A stretch of DNA of 33,459 bases, taken from positions 6,260,963-6,294,421 of the forward strand of contig MU061579.1 in assembly GCA_013265495.1 (NCBI GenBank), given 5' to 3'. This document shows, piece after piece, positions 22,553 through 33,459 of the stretch. Made by a program: the position numbers and the translations under genes. Each line of letters opens with the position of its first letter. Position 1 is the stretch's first letter. The DNA is from Vicugna vicugna. Taxonomy: Eukaryota. The notes below the pieces were generated by a model. That model did no database searches. It worked only from the letters and a program-made list of their open reading frames with translations, and had not been told where the DNA came from.

Positions 22553-22800
22553 AACAGTATATGTGGTAGTTAGGAGGTGGGTTGTGGAGGAAGACTGGCT
22601 TGGTCTGAAGTTTGGTTCCTACACTTTCTTGCTATGTGAGCTTGAGTAAATTATGTAACCTCACTATGACTCAATTCCTTCATGTAAAAACTGAACACAA
22701 CAACAGTGTCTACCTGATAGGGTCATAAGGATTAAATGAAAAAAAAAATGCTCTTAAGAAGATAAAAGGAAGCCTATAAACACATGATAGTAGCTAATAA
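22553..22800 (+). mobile_element. MIR SINE
   Basis: tgctatgtgagcttgagtaaattatgtaacctc...tctacctgatagggtcataaggattaaatgaa. Confidence 0.75.
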
Positions 22801-24601
22801 ATTGTCATTTTTCATGGTAGACTTTTTTATAATAACTCCAAAGCCATCTACGGAGATAAATTTATATGTTTTGAAGAAAATATATATACAATTATTAAAC
22901 TTAGCATAGAGTTGATTTAAAGTTCTTCTGTGGACCACTGAACTTACTTTTAAACAATTAAAATATTTCTCTTTTCAGTTTTATATAAGTTGTCATTATT
23001 TGAAGAGGAGGGCAAAGAATAAATATTAAAAAAAATCCACTCATACAAACAATTTTTTAATTCATCTCTTCCTTTTCTGACTTGGGTCTTTTCTGAGCTA
23101 CAAACAAGATTATACATTTGAATATGAAAGCTAAGCCTGTTCTAATTATTTACTACTGTTCATGCAATGAAGACATTTTACATTTAGTCTAGGAAGCCTG
23201 TAAGTGTAATAATCCAGTCAGCATTGCCCTTGATTGTGACTGTTTAATCTTGACCACTCCACTGACTGTCACAAAAAAACAAAAACTTCATAGCACATGT
23301 GCTTTTCAACAAATAGACATGCAAGATGTTTAGTAATACAAGAGAAAAAAAGTAAGAGAACCATTGTCTACTGAAAAAACAAAGCATACACTTTTCTTTT
23401 TATGTTTTTCTAATGGTAGTTATCCCTATTTTTAACTAAGGAGAATTTAAACTCTGGATTCCTTCCAAATGTTTATGCGGTTCATATGACATTTATGAAT
23501 TCTAATTCTGGAGTCAGATAAACTATCCTCAGAGTTCTATTCATGGCACGCCCCCTCTTAAAAACCCTTCCGTTTCCCCAGAATCTGCCAAATACTCTAA
23601 ATGCATGGCAACCACCACCAGTTCCCAGAAAACCCTTCTCTCTCTCACTGTTTCCCTCCAGCCAATTAGGAACATTCATCATGCCCTGAATTTTCCCACC
23701 GACGGATTCACACAGAGAAATTGTGAAATCTCTTTCTTAGTCAGTTTTCAAATGATAGATTATTTTCCATTGTGATTGTCCTTGAAATGTTTGTGTGTGT
23801 GTCTGCATGATTATCCACTCATGCCAGGGTGGAGCCCGGCTGGTGTTTAGGGAAGCATGAATAGACCAGATTACTTCTAAGTCTTCCTCTTCATTTTAAG
23901 CTTTGGTGATTATCTGAATAGAAAATTCTGTTTTCATTTATGTACTCAGTTCCTTTTTGTGTGACAAAAAAGCTCGAATATGTCCCTGCATCTATGCACT
24001 CCAATTTTAAATGTCACTATGTAAAAAAGAAACACAAATGTGTCTCTTTGCAGTCATCTGCTCCCACTGCATGGAAGAGAGAAATAGAGAAAACGACTTT
24101 ATCACGAGATTGTGAGTTGTCAGAAGGAGGAATGTAATGACAGTACGGGTGCTAAAGTATTTGTGTAAACTACCCAAATGATGAAATTTCAGTCCTTGAA
24201 ATTCCTAAAACAGTGTTAAATCTTCTGGGTAAAGGCCAATGTTTAAAGTCCATTCTGGTAAAAGAGGATAGGATTCCAAAATAATTAATATTTGTGAAAA
24301 CACTAAATGTGATTGCCCATTATACATTTACACTTTGGGGGAAATAATTTAATTTTAAAAATACATTTCTCTCTTTTCTATTGTGTAGTCCAAATTTGAG
24401 AAACTCCTAATATCTACTACTTCATCTCATGAAAGGACCATCCTTTTGGGGTTAATGAAGTAATTCTCGACTGTGGGAGATTATAGGGACAGCATATAGT
24501 TTTTAGGGTTTTTTTTCCCTTTCCACAGTCATACACAGCATGTACTCCCAGAACACTGCTGTATTGATGTCTTTTAATCTTATTGTCTCAATGTCCTTTA
24601 A

Positions 24602-24859
<258 letters not shown>

Positions 24860-25850
24860 TGAAGAAGACATAAATATGTAATATAATAGTAAATGAGTTT
24901 TTCTCCTATAGTTTTAATGATTTAACACTAGTGTCATCAGTGATACAGTGATGATTTGGAGCATACTGAATCTCATTCCAAAATAAATCCTTGCCTTATT
25001 TGAAAGTCTTTTCTAGCTATTTTTTTTCTGTTGTTTTGTTTATGATATTTGTTGACAAAAAAAAATACTGAATATCTATGATAGAATTGATGCCAGACAT
25101 TGGGACTTTCATCTGATTCAAGATTTCCACCTGAGAGGATGGCTAAATAAGAGGCTAATCAATTAAAAATTTATGATTATGAATATTTGGTTATATTTAA
25201 TTTGGGGGATGAGGATTTAATACACACAAACATTATTTGCAAGGTGTACAATGATGCATCAATGTACAGTTTATAAGACACGTTTCCTCAATATTTCCTA
25301 TCCTTCAGGCCTCAACTCTCCCTCAAGCTCTCCCTGTTTCTCCATTGTTACTGTAAGTGGGAAATGAAGAAGAAAAGTTAGGGAGAAAACATAAATAATG
25401 TATTTATAAATATTTTCCATAAACTTTGAAACTTTGGAATTATGCTAGATTTTTGTTAGCCATTTTTATATGAGAGGAAACAAATAAATATAGTCTTGTT
25501 TTTCTAGTTTCTGAAAATCACTCGATCTAACAATAGTTCTAATTAGAAATTACGTAAAATGTCTATTTTATTTTCTAGGTCATTTTGTTGCCTACAATTA
25601 AGTGTGTTTCTCAGTTATTTATAACATAGAAGAGGGAACTTAGATTTCAGAAAGGCTTTCTAAAGAGAGGACCAAATGCTGTGATCTTTTATAAACAATT
25701 GTAGTGTTGACTCCAGCCAATAAGGTATAGAAAAAGTATAAAACTATGTTCTATAAAATTTTCAGAAAACTGACTCAGAAATGTGCTGATATTTTGCATC
25801 CTTTGCTATCAAAATATAGGAATATATATATATATTTTTTCTTTGTTTAG

Positions 25851-26096
<246 letters not shown>

Positions 26097-26934
26097 TGAG
26101 TTAGACCTTACTGTCACTAATTAACTTGATGGTAAACAAAGAAACTTAAGTGATTAAAAAGGTAACCAGATGTCATATTTAAATATCAGTACTGATATTA
26201 TGAAATATTTTTAATGTAGAAAAAATATTGTGGTTCCAGAAGGGTAATGATTTTAGCTGTAAAGTGTCCAAATGTATGCTATGTGATAAGATTGACACAA
26301 AAGAGGTAAAATTAATCCTTGACTTCAAAAAAAATTATATGATTAATTATAAAGATATGATATGATGATTTTAATTTCTGTGATTAAGAGTGTTCTGTTA
26401 ATGTGGGGAAAAGATCAACCTGATCGTCTACAAAACAAGTTAAATTTGAGTCTATATTTGCCATGCAGGCAGTTTCCTTTCTCTCCTAATTTTTATAATT
26501 AAACAAAATCCTCATGAATAAGACTAATTTACATACTGAGTAACTAGCCAGAGATGAAATCAGAAGTGAAATGCTAATAACAAATAGGGTACACTGAGTA
26601 ATACTAATTCTGACCTTAATTCCTGTCCTTTCATTTAATACTTTTTTCCCTAATAAGAAAGAAAGAAGGGAAACTTTCTATTCTTTGGTTCTGAAGGGAA
26701 ATTTTTTTCTTCTTTGAAAAACCATCGGAGGGAGAAACAACTTCAGACATTTGATTGAAATAATAACTACTATTAACTGAGAAGCTACTATTTGCCGGGT
26801 TCCTTTTGTAGATTCTCATCCAACCTCCCCACCACTTTACCTTCATTTCATCAGTAAGAGATTGAAACTCAATGAGACTAAGAACTAGTACAACTATCTG
26901 TAGGTTGATACTACTTTCAACCCTACTGTGGGGT

Positions 26935-27203
26935 GAAAATTTTACAAAAACAAAAAAAAATTCTGGAAACTTCTCCAAAGCAAAACTTGAATTTGCTACA
27001 AACTGGCAACTATTTACATAGTGTTTACTCTGTACTAAGTATTATAAGTAATCTTGAAATGATTAAAAGTATACAGGAAGATACGTGCAGGTTATATGCA
27101 AAGACTGTGCCATATTTTACTTGAGGGACTCGAGCATCCACAGATTTTGGTATCTGTGGGGTCCTGGAATCAGTGTCTTGTGGACATTGAGGGAGGATGG
27201 ACT
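26935..27203. mobile_element. Tigger3/MER2-family TcMar DNA transposon fragment
   Basis: agcaaaacttgaatttgc...aggttatatgcaaa...gagcatccacagattttggtatctgtggggtcctggaatca, the recalled MER2/Tigger3 end. Confidence 0.8.
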
Positions 27204-27635
27204 AAGGCTTGGTCTGGACTCAAGTATCTCCATTTCTAGTCATGACTGTATGTAGTCATCATCTGTTCAGTTTGAGGCTGCAAAACTAGCAATTGAGAAG
27301 TGGAATATTTGCACTTCCCACTGTGTTTCTAATTTAGGAAGCTGGCAATAGTAGAACACTGGGTTGTGGCTAGGAGAAGTTAGACTTCCCCTAGTGTTAG
27401 CTAAGTGAGAGGTGACATAGAAATATAGGCATGATTCAGATTTTTACTACTTGGGAAATTATAGTCCAATTGGCAACTGAGTTAATCCATGTTCCTGTCT
27501 ATCATGGTAAAGTAAGATTTAAAACCAAAAATATCCTGGAACTTCCAATTTAAAATGTATTAGTCTAACAGATTAAGACATTCGCTTTCAAATACCCCCA
27601 AATACATATACGTATTATTTTATATACATATATAG

Positions 27636-27655
27636 CACACACACACACACACACA
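27636..27655. repeat. (CA)n microsatellite
   Basis: cacacacacacacacaca. Confidence 0.9.
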
Positions 27656-28499
27656 TATATTTAAAGGTGAGCACGTAACTCTAAAAATTGATTCCAACTG
27701 TTGACCTATTGCTAGAATCTAGTAAGCAATTTCTATTGTCCATTTGGTAGCTTGCAAAGGATTAATGAAAAATAATTTGTGCCTGACATGTACTTTACAT
27801 CATAAACAAAGCAGCTCCATTTGCCAGAAAGATGATAGAAAAAACAATTTTCCTGTCCCTGATTGTTAATCCCATAGTCTGTGTATACTAATGAGAATAT
27901 AAATATGTCCCTGTAATACACACATATTTGTGGAAGTGACTAGATGAGAGTTTCTTTGCCCTTCCTTTGCTATATTTCCACATCCCTCAGAAACAACAGG
28001 GCAGAATGTGGAAAGAAATTGGAAATTTGTAATAAAAAAAAAAGTGAAGTTGCTGAAAGCATAGGGGTAAAAGTAGAGGCAATAAGAGGCCTAATAGACA
28101 TTCATGCTGAGGGTGGCATGTTTTCACACACTTAATCGATTCAAAGCATCGGAAAGCTAGTCAGCACAGATAGGAGAAGGTTACACCTCTGCCCAGAGAA
28201 ATTATACTCAGTAAAAATGACTAGACACTGAAAATTGGTTCAGAAAGTATGCACACGGATCTGCCCTCTAGATCTGCGAAAGAGATTTAAGTGGCTACCA
28301 AACTGAAAGTGGGTGGACAAATACTCATTCAAAGATAGGAAAAAAAATCCAAATTCTCCATGATGTCTTAAGGAAAAAAAATCAATACCAATCAACACCC
28401 AGATTTCAAAAGAAAAACAAAAATAACAACAACAAAAAAAATCAAACTATAGACATAAGGAAATAGGACATCATCCTGACATTTCACAGTAATTTGAAT

Positions 28500-29347
28500 A
28501 ATGAGAATTATAGTTACCTGGAGAATATTATAGAAATCTATTTTGTAAGTTTGGTAGTACCCAGTAAGCAAAATTTCTAAGAAATGGAAAGCCATCAGGA
28601 TAGACCAGGAAAAGTGTAAAGGACAACAGGATGAGATACAAAGATTACAAGCTGAGATGAAAAGTCACCAAGTATGATAAGGACTCATCTGAAGTTATGT
28701 AACCTAATAATTACAAGCACCATTGAAAAAGAGACCAAAATGACTGTAAAAGAAGCAATAATCAAAGGCGTAGTTAAATGTAATTTGCTGATGTTGATTA
28801 AAACTTTGAGTTAGAAAGTTTGATTTCAAAATTTATGAAAAAATCCCATATTTAGACATAATATGGCAAATTAAACTGTACATTTAAATAAAACATACAT
28901 TTTATAAGCATCCAGTCAGCAGAAATAGATTAAGTAAAAAGGATAAAATCAGTCTAATCCCAGTTTCATTCTTTGTAGCACTGAATATCAAGGAAAAATG
29001 GACTAAAACCTTCAAAGGGAAGGGTTTTCATCTAAAAAAAGTGATTTTTTTTTTAAATACAGGGGCTCACAAAATGTGCTACTCACATGTTCTTACAATA
29101 AATCAGTAGATAAAATTAATGGGCTGATTTGATAAAATAAAATTTAAGAAATCAAGAATAGAGAGTCATTCTTATTTTCAAAAATCTGGAATTGAACATA
29201 AATAATATAAAAGCAAAAAGAAAAAGACAAAGTAAAGTTCATATGGCAAAAAGATAACAGAAAGAAAACAAGAAAACAGCATGATGACATTAAAAAGATT
29301 ATATAAATAAAATCATCAGTTGTATTAAATAAATATAAATGGGTTAA
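28500..29347 (+). mobile_element. Ancient L1 ORF1/ORF2-junction remnant
   Basis: A-rich degenerate L1 sequence ending aaatataaatgggttaaac (decayed L1 endonuclease NVNGLN motif). Confidence 0.5.
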
Positions 29348-29533
29348 ACATAACTTATACCATTGTCCATCTTAATCTTAATGTTTAATATTTTAAGAAA
29401 CATTTTATATGCTGTATTTGTAAAGATTTCCTTAGGTTTAACATAATTTATACCATTGTCCATCTTAATCTTAATGTTTAATATTTTAAAAAATATTTTA
29501 TATGCTGTATTTGTAAAGACTTCCTTAGGTTTA
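29348..29533. repeat. 93-bp tandem duplication (2 copies)
   Basis: acataacttataccattgtcc...ccttaggttta at 29348-29440 repeated at 29441-29533 with 4 substitutions. Confidence 0.92.
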
Positions 29534-30269
29534 TCATATATTTTACCAGTTTTACTGTCAGTTTAAGCTGCTTATTTTAATAATTAGAATTGGCATTTCT
29601 AAAAGGCTATTGCTGTATTTTAAAAACCTTTTTCCAAGTTACCCCTGTATCAGTATGCTTTCTATTTCTTCTTTTATTCCTTTAATCATTGCAAACAGTT
29701 ACATTTTATTTCTCATTTGGATTATTCGATCACCTATTAGCATGATGTTATTAACTATGATACCTGTTAGCATGGTGTCATCTAGTAAAATGCCTATCAT
29801 CACTAATTCCGCTCCGTATCTCTTAGCTTTAGAAATTCATTTCCAAGTATTGATTATAATTTTTGATCAGATCAGCTTTCCTCCTCCCCTCCCCTTCCAC
29901 GCAGAAGTGTGTGCTTCACTGGTGCTTTCTTGAGCTAACATTCAGTGGGATTTGGGTTGTTTTTGTTGTTTCTTGTTTCATGGCCAGTGCTGCCCTTTGG
30001 GGATCCCAGTTTTATGAGTGAGTTAGTTCCAGCTAACAACAGTTGGAGGCTGTATCTCGTGTGCCTGAGTGCGTGTTAAACTCCAGCCCCTCCCCCACAT
30101 CTGGCGTGTGTGCACGGTTGGTGGGGTAGGGACAGCCTGATGAGAGTGGGAGGGTTCCTAGAATCAGTCCCTCACATTCCCTAGGGAGGAAAGAGAATCC
30201 TAGCTTTTTGCAATTCCCCTCCCCCCAGACTTAGGGGATTTTCTTTCCACTTTTTGAGTTCCTCTAATT

Positions 30270-30301
30270 TGTGTGTGTTTGTGTGTGTGTGTGTGTGTGT
30301 G
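30270..30301. repeat. (TG)n microsatellite
   Basis: tgtgtgtgtttgtgtgtgtgtgtgtgtgtgtg. Confidence 0.9.
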
Positions 30302-30339
30302 ACATTTAGTCCAGTGTTCTAGGACTGCCATTTGTCATT

Positions 30340-30680
30340 GATTCCGTTGGCCAAGGTCCAATTTCGTTTTTTCCCTCCATTTCCTTGCCTTCCTTAGTAC
30401 ATGATCTCTCTGCTAGGAAACCCTTTTTCTACCATGTTTAGCTGAAGACCTCTCATTTATTCTGTAAGTTGAAGCTCAACTATTTCCGTATCTGTCAAGA
30501 CGCTCTGTGATCTCGGGGAGGGACTGACTGTTCCTCTCTTTGTGGCAGCCCTATTTGTGAACATCCTCTATCATGCTGTAATGCTAGGATATTCCCTCTC
30601 CCATTTATCTTCACTCAGCATAATTGCAGCATAGTAGCTGCCATGTTGAATTCGGTGAAGTAAATATATTAATGAGTAAA
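30340..30680 (+). mobile_element. L2 fragment
   Basis: ctctctgctaggaaaccc...cctctcatttattc...gctcaactattt...gcatagtagctg. Confidence 0.45.
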
Positions 30681-31329
30681 TCTGTGGAAATGTAAGTTGT
30701 GCTATTAAATTCTCTATACTTTCTGACAATACTAAATTGGTAAGTTATAATATGCTCTGTTGCTATTAGTGCTAGACATGGGAGATGCATTTTCCCTATC
30801 CAGTGAAGCAGACAACGATCAAATGAGAACCTATATGAATTATTTATTTAACATTCTTTCATCAAAGGGTGAATGTCAGTTGAACATTTTCTGTGGAAAT
30901 GGAAACACACTGAAGCAATCCATGCCCCATAAAACGAAAAGATAAAACCAATTTGAGGCCAAAACATAGGCTGAGTATAAAGAATAAAAGATCTTTATTG
31001 CAATACATTCTTCCATGTGTGAACGATTTCTGGGGGAAAAAAAATGAGTCACTTAATTATGAGCCAGAAAAGATTTCTTGACAGTAATGGAAGGAGAAAT
31101 TAATTTACTGAATAGAAACGTATTCCATACTATGCAATAAAATATGTTTGAGAGTTAGATGGGAAATTGTTTTTTTTTTGCATGACAAATGCCATTTCTA
31201 CATAGTGCTATTGGTTTTAAGGTTATCTATTCAAATGTAGTATGAGTCGTATACAAGAATACCTGTACAATATATGCATCATATCACAAAAAGTAATAAA
31301 ATGGGCAAATTGGTAAAGCTACCACATAA

Positions 31330-33020
31330 CTTCAGAAATGAGATATTATCAATACAATAATATCTCCTTACTTGGCTCCTCATTCCATTTCTTGCCTCCT
31401 TAACATAATTGCTCTTCATTTTCACCAAAGTTAACCACTATTTGGAAATTTTAAGTCATTCCTTTGCTTTTATTTCTTTCTTAGTTTTATCACATACGTT
31501 TTTATTCATCCCTATACAATGTCTTGTTTGGCTTGTTGTTTGTAAAAATGACACCTTACTTATGGTCTTATGGTCTTGCCCTTTCATTTATAGTTGGATA
31601 AAGTTCATTTCCATTTCTATATAATATTCTGTTGAATAATTTCATATTTCACTTATCAGTGTTCTTACTGATGGACATTTGAGTAGTTTTCAATCTTTGC
31701 TAATACAAATAGTACTATTATGATTAGTCTTCACTCAAAGTACTTCACTACAAGTACTTCTTTAGAGTGTATACCCAGAAGTCTTGTTGAGTCATGGGGT
31801 ATGCACATGTACAATTTCACAAGTTTTATGAACTGGTAGAACTAAACTTCAAACTCCCACTCTTGCCCCTTATCTTTTCTAGCTTTGTATATTTTCAGAC
31901 TTTATAATTTTGAAAATCAAATAGGTGTAAAATGGGTCTCATCTGGTTTTAATCTGTAATGCTCTGATCACAATGAAGGTAACATATTTCATAATGTCTT
32001 TTGTTAGCCATTTGTGTTTTCTTATATGAAATGTCTGTTAATTTCTTTGCTAATTTTTGAATTTTTTACACTGATTTATAAGATTATCTATATTCTCAAT
32101 GCTAATCCTTTGCCAGTTTGTGGCCTTTATTTTTATATTCATGTGCTGAATTTATTATACTTTTCTTTTATGATTAGTGCTTTTTGTCCAGTCCTAAAAT
32201 ACTTCTATCTCCTGAAATTATAAAAATGTTCTTCTCTGCTATCTTATAATTTTAAAGACTTTAATTTCATGTAAGTCTTCAAGCCATCTGAAATTGGCTT
32301 TTATATACAGTGTGATGTAGGAATTCATTTTTTTCTAATGCAGGTAATGTTTTAGCAGCATGATTCATTGAATGATTCTTTCCCCAACAATCTGCAATGC
32401 CTCCTCTGTCATATAACAAGTTTCCTTATTCTGAGTTGTTCCTCTGGTCAGTCTTTTTGAGCCAATCTAACACCATCATAATTATTAAGGCGTTATAATA
32501 AGTCTATATATGGCAGGTAAATCACATCACATTCTTCTTATTTACGAGAATTTTTGTTCTTTTTTTCTTGAAACTTTCCCATTCATATAAAATAGAATCA
32601 GTTTATTAAGGTCCACAAGAACAAACTCTGTTGGGATTTTGCTAACAATTGCCTGTGACATATGGGTCAGTTTGGAGAAAAATGACATCATTAGCAGATT
32701 AAGTCTTTTAATCTATTTCATACAATATATGCTTCTATCAGTGTAGTTTTCTAATGTCTTTTATTGAAGTGTTATAAGACTCTCCACACATGTACTACAC
32801 ATGCTTTGCTAGGTTTATTCCTAGATACTTTATAGTTTTGACTATTATTAACAATATTTAAAATTTTGGTTTTCTCTATTGGGGATATATATATTTATAT
32901 GTATGTATATATATGTGTATGTATATATGTATATGTATATATATATATATACATATATGAATATATGTAGTGGATTTTTCTACAATGGTATTGAAGCCAG
33001 CCACCTTTCTAAATCTTCTC
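31330..33020 (-). mobile_element. Old L1M (L1ME-like) 3' UTR/ORF2 remnant
   Basis: ctgatggacatttgagtagttttcaa, gtgtatacccagaag, aagccatctgaaattggc, ctgttgggattttg, ggtttattcctagatacttt. Confidence 0.75.
32885..32966. repeat. Compound (TA)n/(TATATG)n microsatellite
   Basis: atatatatatttatatgtatgtatatatatgtgtatgtatatatgtatatgtatatatatatatatac. Confidence 0.85.
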
Positions 33021-33024
33021 ATTA

Positions 33025-33459
33025 TTTCTTTTTTTTTTTAACATTTTTTATTGATTTATAATCATTTTACAAGGTTGTGTCAAATTCCAGTGTTCAGCAC
33101 AATTTTTCAGTCATTCATGGACATATACACACTCATTGTCACATTTTTTTCTCTGTGATTTATCATAACATTTTGTGTATATTTCCCTGTGCTATACAGT
33201 GTAATCTTGTTTATCTATTCTACAATTTTGAAATCCCAATCTATCCCTTCCCACCCTCTACCCCCCTGGTAACCACAAGTCTGTATTCTCTGTCCATGAG
33301 TCTATTTCTGTCCTGTATTTACGCTTTGTTTTTGTTTGTTTTTTAGATTCCACATATGAGCGATCTCATATGGTATTTTTCTTTCTCTTTCTGTCTTACT
33401 TCACTTAGAATGACATTCTCTAGGAGCATCCATGTTGCTGCAAATGGCATTATGTTGTC
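33025..33459 (-). mobile_element. Young L1 3' end (runs off the window)
   Basis: Poly-T head then aacattttttattgatttataatc...ggtaaccacaagtctgtattctc...tagattccacatatgagcgatctcatatgg...catccatgttgctgcaaatggc. Confidence 0.92.

Noticed and set aside
26182..26199. Perfect 18-bp palindrome aatatcagtactgatatt
   Set aside because: Plausible by chance in 33 kb of AT-rich DNA; no other support.
26631..27124. 115-aa and 63-aa ORFs as further DTHD1 exons
   Set aside because: No match to the expected next DTHD1 peptide; intronic AT-rich and Tigger/MER2 sequence.
29610..33061. Several hydrophobic 60-107 aa ORFs resembling membrane proteins
   Set aside because: T-rich antisense L1 and microsatellite sequence yields such F/L/I-rich ORFs spuriously.

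Overview
Mammalian genomic DNA, AT-rich and repeat-laden. It is probably a cetartiodactyl and possibly a camelid, inferred from the young L1 3' ends and the absence of recognisable Bov-A/PRE/Alu SINEs. The right half holds the first five coding exons of DTHD1 (death domain containing 1) on the + strand: 15172-15442, 17758-18370, 21742-22072, 24611-24790 and 25851-26095. All are phase-compatible, intron 1 uses a GC-AG donor, and the gene runs off the window. The left half, head-to-head with DTHD1, contains a chain of minus-strand, splice-site-bounded, phase-compatible exon-like blocks (about 14344-13878, 12639-12158, 3638-3098, 2405-1908 and 398-109, with weaker candidates near 7456 and 5134). 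Most carry premature stops or frameshifts. I read this as a decayed multi-exon gene (candidate unitary pseudogene) whose 3' exons show by-eye, collinear similarity to the C-terminal extracellular region of FRAS1/FREM2/ECM3. The rest is L1, L2, MIR, CR1, ERV LTR and DNA-transposon debris, microsatellites and a 93-bp tandem duplication. Repeat family names and protein similarities are from memory, not database searches.
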